Shown: piece by piece, positions 28,872 through 38,228 of the stretch | Numbering within the stretch: the first letter of the stretch is position 1 | Layout of the letters: each line of letters begins with the position of its first letter | Assembly: GCA_016191115.1 (NCBI GenBank) | Contig: JACPPG010000005.1 | Location: forward strand, 23,119 to 87,118 | Source of the DNA: Planctomycetia bacterium | Lineage (GTDB): Bacteria > Planctomycetota > Planctomycetia > Pirellulales > JACPPG01 | Direction of reading: 5' to 3' | DNA length: 64,000 nt | Translations under genes and position numbers: made by a program | Notes under the pieces: generated by a model | What the model was told of the DNA's origin: nothing | The model's input: only the letters and a program-made list of their open reading frames with translations | The model's database searches: none

Positions 28872-30125
28872 CTACGCCTTGCGGAAGACGCGCTTCGTTT
28901 CCACCAGGGCCGCGGCGAGCTGCTCGACTTCGGCGAGCGTGTTGTAGAAGTAGAAGCTCGCCCGCACGCTGGCGTTCGTGCCCAGACGCTTGTGCAGCGG
29001 CATGGCGCAGTGATGCCCCGCCCGCGCGGCGATCCCGTGCCGGTCGAGAATCTGCGCGACGTCGTGGGCGTGGATCCCTTCGAGAGTAAAGCTGACGATG
29101 CCTGCCTTATGCTCGGGAGCGGGGCCGAGCAGCCGCACGCCGCCGACGCTCTGAAGCACCTGATGAGCGCGGATCGTCAGCATGCGCTCGTACTCGTGGA
29201 TCCTCTCCAATCCGATCGCGTGGAGGTAGTCGATCGCGGTCCCCAGGCCGATGGCGGGCACGATCGGGGGCGTGCCGGCCTCGAACTTGGCCGGCAGCTC
29301 GGCCGGCTCGAACGTGTCGAGCTTGACGCGGCGGATCATGCTGCCGCCGCCCAAGAAAGGCGGCATTGCATCCAACAGCTCCCGCCGTCCGTATAAGATG
29401 CCCACGCCCGAGGGTCCCAGCATCTTGTGCCCGCTGAAGGCCAGAAAATCGACGCCCAGCGCCTGCACGTCCGTCGGCAGGTGCGGCACGCTCTGCGCGG
29501 CGTCAACCAGCACGAGCGCGCCTGCCGCATGCGCCTGGCGCGCGATCTCGGCCACGGGATTGATCGTGCCCACCACGTTTGACACGGCCGCGACGGCGAC
29601 CAGCTTCGGGCGGCGACTCAAAAGCGCGGGTAGCGCGTCCATCGCGAGCCGCCCGTCGTCGGTGATCGGAATGTGCCGCAGCACGGCGCCGCGTTCCTGG
29701 GCAAGCTGCTGCCAGGGGACGAGGTTCGAGTGGTGCTCCATCTCGGTGAGCAGGATCTCATCGCCCGCTCCGACGTTCTTGCCGCCCCAGCTTCGCGCGA
29801 CGAGGTTGATCCCCTCGGTCGTGCCGTAGGTGAAGATCACTTCTTCGCGATGCCGAGCATTGATGAAGGCACGGGCCTTCTCGCGCGCCTCCTCGTACAG
29901 GTCGGTGCTCTGGTCGCTAAGCCAATGGATGCCGCGATGGACGTTGGCGTACTGCTTTTCGTAGACGTCCACGAGCGACTGGATCACCTGCCGCGGACGC
30001 TGCGTCGTGGCGGCGTTGTCGAGGTACACAAGCGGCACGTCGCCGTGCAGGCGCACCGAGAGGATCGGGAAATCTTCCCGCAACGTCTCGGGATCCAGCG
30101 GCAATACGGGCGCCAACGTGCTCAT
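28872..30125 (-). CDS. sufS: Cysteine desulfurase SufS (class V aminotransferase)
   Basis: PLP-lysine motif FSGHKMLGPSGVG and active-site RAGHHCAMP. The ATG at 30125 overlaps the sufU stop (ATGA). The upstream part of the listed 570-aa ORF is the sufU region read in another frame. Confidence 0.9.
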   Translation of the reverse strand: MSTLAPVLPLDPETLREDFPILSVRLHGDVPLVYLDNAATTQRPRQVIQSLVDVYEKQYANVHRGIHWLSDQSTDLYEEAREKARAFINARHREEVIFTYGTTEGINLVARSWGGKNVGAGDEILLTEMEHHSNLVPWQQLAQERGAVLRHIPITDDGRLAMDALPALLSRRPKLVAVAAVSNVVGTINPVAEIARQAHAAGALVLVDAAQSVPHLPTDVQALGVDFLAFSGHKMLGPSGVGILYGRRELLDAMPPFLGGGSMIRRVKLDTFEPAELPAKFEAGTPPIVPAIGLGTAIDYLHAIGLERIHEYERMLTIRAHQVLQSVGGVRLLGPAPEHKAGIVSFTLEGIHAHDVAQILDRHGIAARAGHHCAMPLHKRLGTNASVRASFYFYNTLAEVEQLAAALVETKRVFRKA

Positions 30126-30562
30126 GGGGATCGTTGCTTCTGTGCGGAAGGCTGGTCGCTCGTCGGCTGCCCATTGTTGGCCACCGGAGAATAAATCGCC
30201 GACTGCAGCACGCGCCAGCTCAACAGGCAGCACTTCTGCCGGTTGGGCGTGAGCTTCGCGCCGAACAGCCGCAGCATGTCCTCGGCCGTGAACTGCTTCA
30301 CTTCTTCGACCGACTTCTGATCGAAGCGCTCGACCAGCATCGAGGCGGCCGCCTGGCTGATGCAGCAGCCGTCGCCGTCGAAGTAGATGTCCTTGATCGC
30401 GCCCGCCGGGTCCACCGCCAGCTCGATCCGCACGACGTCGCCGCACAGCGGGTTGTCGTCCTCGTGCGCGTGCGTCGGGTGCGCACCGTGGCCGCGATGG
30501 TACGGCTCTTCGTAGTGCTCCAGGATGTTCTCCTGGTACAGCTCGTCTTCGGGTTCGGGCAT
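30122..30562 (-). CDS. NifU/IscU-type Fe-S cluster scaffold (SufU-like)
   Basis: ILEHY..P.H, NPLCGD, GDGCCIS and NRQKCCLL supply the conserved Cys ligands. Translationally coupled to sufS. Confidence 0.85.
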   Translation of the reverse strand: MPEPEDELYQENILEHYEEPYHRGHGAHPTHAHEDDNPLCGDVVRIELAVDPAGAIKDIYFDGDGCCISQAAASMLVERFDQKSVEEVKQFTAEDMLRLFGAKLTPNRQKCCLLSWRVLQSAIYSPVANNGQPTSDQPSAQKQRSP

Positions 30563-30688
30563 GACAAGACCGCAAGCGCTTCAATGGCGGCCGGGTGGGA
30601 ACGGTAGAAGCCGCGAATCACTCTACCACAAGTGTAGGACCGCCCTAGCGGAGCGACAACCCGAGGCACGTGGCGATATCGGCACACT

Positions 30689-30753
30689 AGCCCGAAGCGC
30701 CAGCGAGGGAGAACCGCGGCGAGGCCCTCGCTTGCGCACTTGCGCTTCGGGCT
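30689..30753. promoter_or_regulatory. Nested hairpin between the ccp stop and the suf operon start
   Basis: AGCCCGAAGCGC (30689-30700) pairs with GCGCTTCGGGCT (30742-30753). The inner stem is GCGAGGG (30703-30709) with CCCTCGC (30725-30731). No U-tract is present, so the role (terminator or operator) is unknown. Confidence 0.4.
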
Positions 30754-30787
30754 GGTGTGGAGCGTCGGGTTAGCGCACCCTCGGCCA

Positions 30788-32149
30788 TTACTTCGGCAGC
30801 CGCCCGCGCTCGACTTTCGGGAACGCGCCCGTCGTGGCGTGCATGAACGCCACTAGGTCTTGCTTGTCCTGGGCGGTGAGGTTGAGCTTCTTGATCTTCG
30901 CGTCGAGCGTCGGGTTGGGATGGCCTCCCTTGTCGTACCACTCGACCACTTCCTCGAGCGTCTTGTGGGCGCCGTTGTGCATATACGGGGCCGAGAGCGC
31001 GACGTTGCGGACCGTGGGAGTCTTGAAGGCGCCCTTGTCCTTCTCTTGCTTGGTCTCGTTGTATCGGCCCAAGTCCGGTTCCGTGGCGTCCATACCCACG
31101 CCCAGGTTGTGGTACAGCTCGTCGGCGAGATTAGGCCCGACGTGGCAGGCCGTACAGGAGCCCTTGTCGGTGAAAAATATCTCTCGGCCCCGCTTGGCGC
31201 TCTCAGACATGGGATGCGCGTCGGCCAGCGCCTTGAGCGCCTCATACTCTTTGTACAAATCCGGGTCGTCCTTCTTCAGCTCCTCCAGGTCCTGGCCGGC
31301 GAAACCGCGGAGCTTTTCATTGAAATCAAACGGCGACGGACCGGTGACGATCGCCCGCTCGAAGCTGGCAATGGCCTTGGCGATGTTGTCGATGTTGACG
31401 CTGTCGTCTCCGAAGACCTTGTCGAACTGCATCGGGTAGCCCTCGATCCCTTTGACCGTGGCGACGGCCTGCTCGTGCGTGTTGGCCATCTCGATGGGGT
31501 TGGCGATGGGCCCCTTGGCCTGCTCCTCGAGGCTTGCCGCGCGGCCGTCCCAGAATTGCAGCGCACTCTGGATGCGGTTATACGAGACGGGCGAATTGCG
31601 GCCGCCCATCTGATCGCGGACGCCGACTCCGAATTGCGTGTGCGCGGCGTATCCCTGCTCGGGGTCGTGGCAGCTTGCGCAACTGATCGTGCCGTCGCTG
31701 GAAAGGCGGGTGTCGAAATAGAGCTGCCGGCCCAGCTCGATCTTGGCCCGCGTCAGCGGGTTGGCGTCCAGGCCCTTGACGGCCTGTAGACCAGCGTCGA
31801 GCCCCAGTGGCAGGGCGATGTCGAGCGTCTCATGATTCTTCGGGTCGTCGACCCAGGCTTTGATCTGCTCAACAGTGAGATCGCCATCGCCGGGAATGCC
31901 GGCGGTCAGCTCGGGCGAGCCGAGCAGGACCTTGCCCTCCGGCACGGTGATGCCGTCGGTGTAGCTGGCGGGCTCGGCGTCAGCGGCCTCGGCGCCATTC
32001 GCACCGGCTTCGGCTTTTGCCGTCTTGCTGGCGCCCGCCTTGCCGGTCGTCCCCTTTTTGTCGGCCGTCTGGGTGCAGCCGGCAGCCACGAGCAAGATGG
32101 CACACACCAGGGGAGTCACCGCGTGCACCATGTGGAAACGAGCGTGCAT
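30788..32149 (-). CDS. Di-haem cytochrome c peroxidase (CCP/MauG family), lipoprotein
   Basis: Two CxxCH motifs (CASCH, CTACH). The lipobox LLVAAGC follows start MHARFHMVHAV... (ATG 32149). The upstream 45 codons of the ORF are unlikely to be coding. Confidence 0.9.
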   Translation of the reverse strand: MHARFHMVHAVTPLVCAILLVAAGCTQTADKKGTTGKAGASKTAKAEAGANGAEAADAEPASYTDGITVPEGKVLLGSPELTAGIPGDGDLTVEQIKAWVDDPKNHETLDIALPLGLDAGLQAVKGLDANPLTRAKIELGRQLYFDTRLSSDGTISCASCHDPEQGYAAHTQFGVGVRDQMGGRNSPVSYNRIQSALQFWDGRAASLEEQAKGPIANPIEMANTHEQAVATVKGIEGYPMQFDKVFGDDSVNIDNIAKAIASFERAIVTGPSPFDFNEKLRGFAGQDLEELKKDDPDLYKEYEALKALADAHPMSESAKRGREIFFTDKGSCTACHVGPNLADELYHNLGVGMDATEPDLGRYNETKQEKDKGAFKTPTVRNVALSAPYMHNGAHKTLEEVVEWYDKGGHPNPTLDAKIKKLNLTAQDKQDLVAFMHATTGAFPKVERGRLPK

Positions 32150-32287
32150 GATCGAATCCCTTTGTTCTTTGCGTGGAAAAACGGCGGATCCGTTGGCGCG
32201 CCGCACAAAACACCGGCGCGCGAGGCCCGAAGGACCAGCAGTATCCGATAAAACAAGAGGCGCTTCAAGCGGCGGGAGGAGCAATTG

Positions 32288-32444
32288 CAGGGCCGTTCAC
32301 AGATTCAAGCTTGCCGGCGGCGCACCGGCGGGAAAGTGGGACAGGCACCGCGACGCAACGTTGGTCTGAAAGGACTTGCGCTGTTTATGCTCGGAGCCAG
32401 TCCCATTTTCCCGCCTCGCCATTTTGAAAAACAGAATGGCCCTG
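32288..32444 (+). mobile_element. 157-bp MITE-like element, copy D
   Basis: Full-length copy flanked by a perfect 11-bp direct repeat AGGAGCAATTG (32277-32287 and 32445-32455). Confidence 0.9.
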
Positions 32445-32732
32445 AGGAGCAATTGGCGAACCGTAGGGTGCTCTGCGAGCACCGGAGGTCCGATCTTGTG
32501 CGCACAGTGCACACAACACCGCCCGTGGCGGCCGTCTGCGAGCCGCTAGTGGCCGTGCCTACCACCGCTGGAACCGGAAGCGAACGACCGGCGTAGCCAT
32601 CTTCGATTTGCCCCAGACGCGTGCCCGCGCTCGCGACGACCACACGTCGCTCACCGGGTTTCCCTGGATGTAGCTGCAGGGCGCTCTGCGAGGACCTGCG
32701 CGTCCGCGCGATTCCGGTGTCCGCAGGACACC

Positions 32733-33164
32733 CTACGAAATCGCGGCGATCGCACGAAACGTCGCCTCGTCCAGGAACACCGCCTCGCGCGTGAGTTGAA
32801 TCATCACGGCAGTCCCCGGCCAGCCACAAGCCGACAGGAGCCGATCGAACTGTTCGGCGGGGCAGGTCCCCTTCAAATCGACGAACAAAAGTCGCCCGTC
32901 GCGGTCGTAAAGCACGCCGTCGACTTGCCAGCAGCGATCGCTCGTGGCCGGAGACACCCACACGAACGAGCCATCGGGCTCGATGTACATTCGCGGCAGT
33001 CGGGCCAGCGCCGCGGCGGCCGCTTCAAAGCTCACGGGAAACGCCGTCGCCAGCCCCTCGGGCGACAATTGCAACGTGGGATAAGCGCGGCCGCGGCGCG
33101 AAATCGTGCCGGCCGCGGTCACGTCGGCCGGGCGGGCGTGCAGGGTGATGTGGAAGGAGTACAT
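32733..33164 (-). CDS. Hypothetical protein
   Basis: 143-codon ORF with protein-like composition and no motif I recognise. It is bounded by repeat elements on both sides. Confidence 0.5.
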   Translation of the reverse strand: MYSFHITLHARPADVTAAGTISRRGRAYPTLQLSPEGLATAFPVSFEAAAAALARLPRMYIEPDGSFVWVSPATSDRCWQVDGVLYDRDGRLLFVDLKGTCPAEQFDRLLSACGWPGTAVMIQLTREAVFLDEATFRAIAAIS

Positions 33165-33171
33165 CGGGAGT

Positions 33172-33263
33172 CGGGAGGGCGAGGCTCCCGCCGAGCCGAA
33201 CTCTTTGAGTGATTAGATCGACGTCAATTGTAGCGCCGGCTCAGCAGGAGCTTCGCCCTCCCG
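33172..33263. repeat. GC-rich palindromic repeat, GGGAGGGCGAGGCTCCCGCCGAGCCG family, copy 2
   Basis: The left arm 33172-33198 pairs with the right arm 33236-33263 (three mismatches, 37-nt spacer). The right arm overlaps the last codons of cutA. Confidence 0.8.
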
Positions 33264-33594
33264 TGTTATCCGACTGTGGCGGCACCTCCGCGTCGATCCA
33301 ATCGAGATACGCCTGGCTTCCCGACGCGATCGGTGTGGCCACGATTTCGGGCACCTGGTAGGGGTGCAGCTCGCGGATCGCCGTCTCAACGCGCGCGTAC
33401 AGGTCGCCGCGGGTTTTGGCGATGCATTGCCATTCGGTGGCAGTCTGCACTTTGCCTTCCCAGCGAAAAGTGCTGGTGATCGGCCCCGCCACTTGCACGC
33501 AAGCGGCCAGCCGCCGTTCGACGAGCGCCGCGGCGATCCGCTGCGCATCTTCCTTTGTCTCTGCGGTGGTGATGACTTGGATGTAGTTGGGCAT
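33241..33594 (-). CDS. cutA: Divalent-cation tolerance protein CutA
   Basis: Typical CutA1 sequence (A..IA..LVE..LAACV......S.F.W.G......E......KT.......V...I...HPY..PEI). Confidence 0.85.
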   Translation of the reverse strand: MPNYIQVITTAETKEDAQRIAAALVERRLAACVQVAGPITSTFRWEGKVQTATEWQCIAKTRGDLYARVETAIRELHPYQVPEIVATPIASGSQAYLDWIDAEVPPQSDNTGGRSSC

Positions 33595-33600
33595 GAAGAA

Positions 33601-33632
33601 GCGACTAGCAATCGGCGACTAGCGACTAGCAA
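33601..33632. repeat. Cluster of CTAG-containing GCGACTAGC motifs
   Basis: GCGACTAGCAATCGGCGACTAGCGACTAGCAAG has three CTAG tetramers in 32 bp. One supplies the TAG stop of the upstream oxidoreductase gene. Confidence 0.7.
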
Positions 33633-34594
33633 GAACGATCAATCATGGCGTGACGCACGGCGTCGAGCGCCTTCATGTTGGCCAGGCCGTCCTCGGCGGG
33701 ATCGACGAGTCTTCCCGCCGCCACGCTGGCGCAAAAGCACTCGATCTGAGCCGCATATTGATCGGTTGCCGGAAAGTGGATCGTCTCTTCCCCGCCGCCG
33801 GACCGGACGATCAGCTCCGTCTGCCCGCGCGGCAAAACGCCGCCGGGAAACGAAATCGCGCCTTTCGTGCCGACGATCTCCAGCCGGTTGCGGTAGGGGC
33901 ACTCGAAGCTCGAATCCAATAGCGCCATGCGGTCCCCCGGAAAACGCAGCAGCATGGAAAGCGTCATATCCACGCCCGTCTGATAGCGAGCGGCGCGGGC
34001 AACGACCTCCACCGGTTCCGCGCCGTTGAACAGCCGCGCGGCGTTGATACCGTAACAGCCCAGGTCCGAGAGCGATCCGCCACCGTGGCGCGGATCGAGC
34101 CGCCAATCGCCGCGGTCGATATCGAACGAGAAATCCATCGTCACCAGCCGCAGCTCGCCCAGCAGACCGTCGGCGAGCATCTTCCGCGCGTGAGCGACGC
34201 GGGGATGGTGGCGCCACATAAACGCTTCCATCAAGAGCACGCCGCGCTGGTGACACGCGTCGACCATGGACTGAGCCTGCCGGGCGTCGAGCGCGAGCGG
34301 TTTTTCGCACAGCACGTGCTTGCCGGCTTGGGCCGCGGCGACGGTCCACGGCAGGTGCAACTCGTTCGGCAACGGAACGTAGACGGCGTCGATTTCGCGG
34401 TCGGCCAGGAGCGCCTCGTAGGAGCCGTGGGCCGTGGGGATGGCAAACTCGTCGGCCCAAGCGCGGGCGGCCGCGCCGTCGCGGCTGGCAATCGCCGCCA
34501 GCCGGGCACCGGGCGCCTGCTGAAATGCCCCAATCAACGCGCGACGCACGATGCGAGCACAGCCCAGGACGCCGAAGTTCAAGGGGCGAGGCAT
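33626..34594 (-). CDS. Gfo/Idh/MocA family NAD(P)-dependent oxidoreductase
   Basis: The ATG at 34594 gives MPRPLNFGVLGCARIVRR, the Rossmann N-terminus. EKP motif (VLCEKPLA). The upstream 96 codons of the ORF are discarded. Confidence 0.85.
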   Translation of the reverse strand: MPRPLNFGVLGCARIVRRALIGAFQQAPGARLAAIASRDGAAARAWADEFAIPTAHGSYEALLADREIDAVYVPLPNELHLPWTVAAAQAGKHVLCEKPLALDARQAQSMVDACHQRGVLLMEAFMWRHHPRVAHARKMLADGLLGELRLVTMDFSFDIDRGDWRLDPRHGGGSLSDLGCYGINAARLFNGAEPVEVVARAARYQTGVDMTLSMLLRFPGDRMALLDSSFECPYRNRLEIVGTKGAISFPGGVLPRGQTELIVRSGGGEETIHFPATDQYAAQIECFCASVAAGRLVDPAEDGLANMKALDAVRHAMIDRSC

Positions 34595-34732
34595 GCCGGG
34601 AAATCTACCACTGGCGCCGCCTGAGTCATAGAGCTTGGTCGTGCCGCGCGCCGTTGGCTGCGCCGCGCATGGCGGCATGGGCGACGCCGGCGCATAATGA
34701 CACGCGCTGCTCAACTTCCCCGGTTGTTTCTT

Positions 34733-35653
34733 ATGCGCGAGCCCGAAGCCTACCTCGGCGGCACGTTCGTCCCGCTCTCCCAAGCGCGGATACCGCTCTA
34801 CGATACGGGCTTCATGCTCGGCGCGACCGTGTCCGAGCAACTGCGAACCTTTAGCGGCCGGATCTTTCGGCTGGAAGAGCACCTCGCGCGGCTAAGCCGC
34901 TCCCTGGCCATCGTAGGTATTGAACTGCCGCGCGCGGCGTGCGATCTGGCGGGCATTGCCGAAGAGCTCGTCGGGCGGAACTATCGCCTCGTCGAGGAGG
35001 GCGACGATCTGGGATTGTCCATGTTTGTCACGCCCGGGCCGTACTCAACCCTCGCCGGCCGTGATGCAAGGCCCGGGCCCACCGTGGGGTTGCACACATA
35101 CTCGCTCCCCTTTCATTTGTGGCGGGACAAGTACGAGTCGGGCGAGAGGCTGGTGACGCCGCAGGTTCGCCAGGTGCCGCCGGAATGCTGGCCCGCCGAA
35201 TTGAAATGCCGCAGTCGCGTGCACTATTATCTCGCCGACCAGCAGGCGCGGCAGATCGAGCCGGGCGCCCGTGCCTTGATGACGGACGGCGGCGGCTGCG
35301 TCTTGGAGACGTCGACCTCGAATCTGCTGGCCTATCGGGAGGGGGAAGGACTGGTCTCGCCTCCCTTGCGTTCGATCCTGCCGGGAATCAGCCTGGCAGT
35401 GACGCTCGAACTGGCCGCCGCAGCCGGGATCGCGCGCCGGGAGCGCGAATTGTCGATCGACGACGTGCGAACGGCCCAAGAGGCAATGCTCACCAGCACG
35501 CCCAACTGCCTCTTGCCAGCCACGCACCTAAACGGCGCGGCGATCGGAGGAGGCATGCCGGGCCCGATCTACCGCCGGCTTCTGGCAGCATGGAACGAGC
35601 TGGCAGGACTGGACATCGTGGAGCAGGCGCGCCGCTTTGCCTCGCGCGCATGA
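34733..35653 (+). CDS. Class IV (fold type IV) PLP aminotransferase / aminodeoxychorismate-lyase-like
   Basis: The N-terminal G.F.P...A.I...D.GF..G..V.E..R and the C-terminal ..EA.LTST......P...L.G segments fit BCAT/DAAT/ADCL-type enzymes. Confidence 0.75.
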   Translation: MREPEAYLGGTFVPLSQARIPLYDTGFMLGATVSEQLRTFSGRIFRLEEHLARLSRSLAIVGIELPRAACDLAGIAEELVGRNYRLVEEGDDLGLSMFVTPGPYSTLAGRDARPGPTVGLHTYSLPFHLWRDKYESGERLVTPQVRQVPPECWPAELKCRSRVHYYLADQQARQIEPGARALMTDGGGCVLETSTSNLLAYREGEGLVSPPLRSILPGISLAVTLELAAAAGIARRERELSIDDVRTAQEAMLTSTPNCLLPATHLNGAAIGGGMPGPIYRRLLAAWNELAGLDIVEQARRFASRA

Positions 35654-35700
35654 TCCGCCCTGCGCCGGATGCCGCGACCTGCGCGCAGCGCGCTTCGCAA

Positions 35701-35771
35701 AGAGGCCGGTGGGAGTCGAACCCACTTTGACCGGGTTGCAGCCGGTTGCCGGGCCGTCTGGCTCCAGCCTC
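35701..35771 (-). tRNA. tRNA-Cys (anticodon GCA)
   Basis: The minus strand reads GAGGCTG GA GCCAGACGGCCCGGC A ACCGG CTGCAAC CCGGT CAAA GTGGG TTCGACT CCCAC CGGCCTC T. It has a 7-bp acceptor stem (one G-U), a CU-GCA-AC anticodon loop, a TTCGACT T-loop and the U73 discriminator typical of tRNA-Cys. CCA is not encoded. Confidence 0.85.
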
Positions 35772-35948
35772 GCTCTTGGTCTGCCCAGCGCGAACCGGGG
35801 CAGATGTACGATTACATCGGTTCTACGAGGGGTACGGCTTAAGGGCGGGCCTAATGGGTGGTTGTGACACCCGTTGGGCGTGCTATCACGCGTACTTCGG
35901 GTTCGATTGTCTTTCCGGATTTGACGCTAGGGCTTTTCCGAACAAGAG

Positions 35949-38228
35949 TTGCGCGGGGTAGTGTGCACCGGACTGCGCGGCGGCCGCCGGAATGGTCCGG
36001 GCAAATGCGTGGGCCACGTCGTCGCCGCGGACGGGTCCCCGGTTCAAACCGGAAGTCTCCTGGGGAGAGGTCTTGTGGGATTGCGCCGAACCAAGCCAAC
36101 GCGCCGACGTGCCGTCACGATGGTGCTTGCCGCCTTCATGATGGTTGGCCTGCTGGGCATGGTGGCCTTCGCCATGGACGTGGGCTACGTGGTGCTCGTG
36201 CGCAGTCAGCTTCAGGCTGCCGCCGACTCGGCCGCCATGGCCGCCGCGGCGGTGATGGGCAACGATCCCAAGGAAGCTCTCAGCACCGCCCGTCAGTACG
36301 CCGCCTATCACGTTGCCGGCGGCGCGAACGTGCAACTCGTCGACGCCGACGTTGAGTTCGGCGTGTGGGACACGACGACCCGCACGTTTATGCCCATGAA
36401 CACGGCCGGGAACGCGATTCGCATCACGGCGCGACGCGACGAGAACGCGGGTGGCGAGGCGCCGCTGTTCTTTGCCCGCGTGCTGGGACAGAACAGCTTC
36501 AGCATGTCGGCCTCGGCCGTGGCGATGTGCAATCCGCGCGACATTGCGTTCGTCGTGGATCTGTCGGGATCGATGAACGACGACACCGAGCCGGCGTGGG
36601 CCACGGCAGCGATCAACAGCGCGTTCGGCGGCATGTCCGGCGACGCGTTGATGCAAGCCGTGTACAGCGACTTCAATTTCGGGTCGTTCCCCGGCACGCT
36701 GCAATACGTCGGCGAGCCGCTGAGCGTCGTGACTACCTCGAGCGCGTATGCGGCCCTGACAAGCGACGTGGGACCATTGTCGCTACCGGCCGTGCCGGCG
36801 GCCTACCGGATTCTACCGACGGACAACGAGGCGCAGCGGAAGGTGAAGGGATATAGCTGGATCATCGACAATCAGCTTGCGGTGATCATGCCCAACGCCA
36901 AGCCCACGCCCGACAGCACGCAGAACTACGCGTACTACGAGAAGTATCTGGACTACATCATGCGGAGCTTGACGATCGCGCCGCCGCCGTCGCCGAGCCC
37001 GAGTCCGTCTCCCAGTCCATCCCCATCCCCTTCACCGTCTCCCAGCCCGTCGCCGGCGCCGGCGCCGCCATCTCCTCCCCCACCCCCGGCCCCTCCGCCC
37101 ACGCCGAAACCGCCGCCGATCGGCGTGTGGCCCAGCGATCCGGGCATACGGCTCGTCTCGCTCGGCGGTTTGCTTGAGAACCCGAGCGGCGCGGGAGGCA
37201 ACCGGCGCGTTCCCGACAACCTGCTGGCGATGAACTCCGGCGGCGTGTGGACCGAGCTGGTGCTGCCGCAACTGGCCTTGGGCGCAAGCTATTCGGCGAC
37301 GACGCCGCCGTTGAGCCGCGGGACGCTGCCCCCCAGCCAGAGCAGCTACCGGATCGACGGATTCAATAATCCCAACACCGCGGCCTATCCTGGGCTCAGC
37401 ATCAGCGTGCCGCGCTCGTACCGCAACTACGTGGGCTACCGCACGTACGCGCAGTTCCTGATGGACTACGGCCGGGACGTCAAGGTTGTGGCATCACTCT
37501 ACGGGACGCTGTCGCTCAATAGCGGCGCCGCGCCCACGCACATGGAAGGGACGGCGGGGGGCACGTTCATGTTCCCGCCGCGCGAGCAACCGACGCACGC
37601 GGCCCGTCGTTCGTTGATCGCCGCGCTGAAAGTGGTCAAGGACCAGAACATCAACGTTCCGGCCGCGAATCAGCGCGACTGGGTTTCGATCGTCAGTTTC
37701 GACAAAGTGGCCGCTTTGACGTTAGCTCTGACCTCGGACTATGACGCGGTCATGCAGGCCTGTACGCAGTTGCAGGCCGTCGGCGATATCGGGGCATCCA
37801 CCGCGACCGAAGCCGGATTGAGCACGGCCATTGCCCATTTGTCAGGCGCCGGGCGACAGAACACGAACAAAGATATCGTCCTCTTGACCGACGGAATCCC
37901 CAACACTTACTCGAGCTCCTCGCAGACCATCAACGGTTACATCAACGCCAACCCAAACGCCGATTTCTACAACGACGGTTCCTATTGGACCGACGCGGCC
38001 CTGATGCAAGTCTCCAAGGCGCGCGGCAAGAACTGGCGCGTGTACGCCGTGGGTCTGGGTGGCGGCTGCGACTACAACTTCATGGACCGCGTCGCCCGGC
38101 TGGGCGGCACGGCCGACGCCGCCGGCCAGAGTCCGCGCGGGACGGGCGACCCCATGTCGTACGAGCAGACGCTGACCAAGATTTTCAAGGATATTATTAC
38201 ACAGCCCCAAGTTCGCCTCGTGCAGTGA
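35949..38228 (+). CDS. TadE/TadG-like N-terminal domain protein with von Willebrand factor A domains and a Pro/Ser-rich linker
   Basis: N-terminal membrane/pseudopilin-like segment RRRAVTMVLAAFMMVGLLGMVAFAMDVGYVVLVRSQLQAAADSAA. MIDAS motif DIAFVVDLSGSMND. A (SP)n/(P)n tract at about 36990-37110. A second vWA-like region (VSIVSF...VLLTDGIPN). The exact start is uncertain and may lie downstream of 35949. Confidence 0.8.
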   Translation: MRGVVCTGLRGGRRNGPGKCVGHVVAADGSPVQTGSLLGRGLVGLRRTKPTRRRAVTMVLAAFMMVGLLGMVAFAMDVGYVVLVRSQLQAAADSAAMAAAAVMGNDPKEALSTARQYAAYHVAGGANVQLVDADVEFGVWDTTTRTFMPMNTAGNAIRITARRDENAGGEAPLFFARVLGQNSFSMSASAVAMCNPRDIAFVVDLSGSMNDDTEPAWATAAINSAFGGMSGDALMQAVYSDFNFGSFPGTLQYVGEPLSVVTTSSAYAALTSDVGPLSLPAVPAAYRILPTDNEAQRKVKGYSWIIDNQLAVIMPNAKPTPDSTQNYAYYEKYLDYIMRSLTIAPPPSPSPSPSPSPSPSPSPSPSPSPAPAPPSPPPPPAPPPTPKPPPIGVWPSDPGIRLVSLGGLLENPSGAGGNRRVPDNLLAMNSGGVWTELVLPQLALGASYSATTPPLSRGTLPPSQSSYRIDGFNNPNTAAYPGLSISVPRSYRNYVGYRTYAQFLMDYGRDVKVVASLYGTLSLNSGAAPTHMEGTAGGTFMFPPREQPTHAARRSLIAALKVVKDQNINVPAANQRDWVSIVSFDKVAALTLALTSDYDAVMQACTQLQAVGDIGASTATEAGLSTAIAHLSGAGRQNTNKDIVLLTDGIPNTYSSSSQTINGYINANPNADFYNDGSYWTDAALMQVSKARGKNWRVYAVGLGGGCDYNFMDRVARLGGTADAAGQSPRGTGDPMSYEQTLTKIFKDIITQPQVRLVQ

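Noticed and set aside
30563-30787. A possible riboswitch or leader RNA upstream of sufU.
   Set aside because: Only a nested GC hairpin (30689-30753) is visible. It is closer to the ccp stop and matches no riboswitch consensus that I can recognise. I list it only as a low-confidence regulatory or terminator structure.
32305-32961. A 218-aa minus-strand ORF spanning MITE copy D and the region upstream of the hypothetical gene 32733..33164.
   Set aside because: It runs through the repeat element and overlaps the better-formed 143-aa ORF in another frame. Its composition is Arg-rich junk.
35654-35948. A genomic island, integrase or att site associated with tRNA-Cys.
   Set aside because: No integrase, excisionase or phage-like ORF flanks the tRNA. 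I saw no duplicated copy of the tRNA 3' end in the window. The adjacent genes have ordinary composition.
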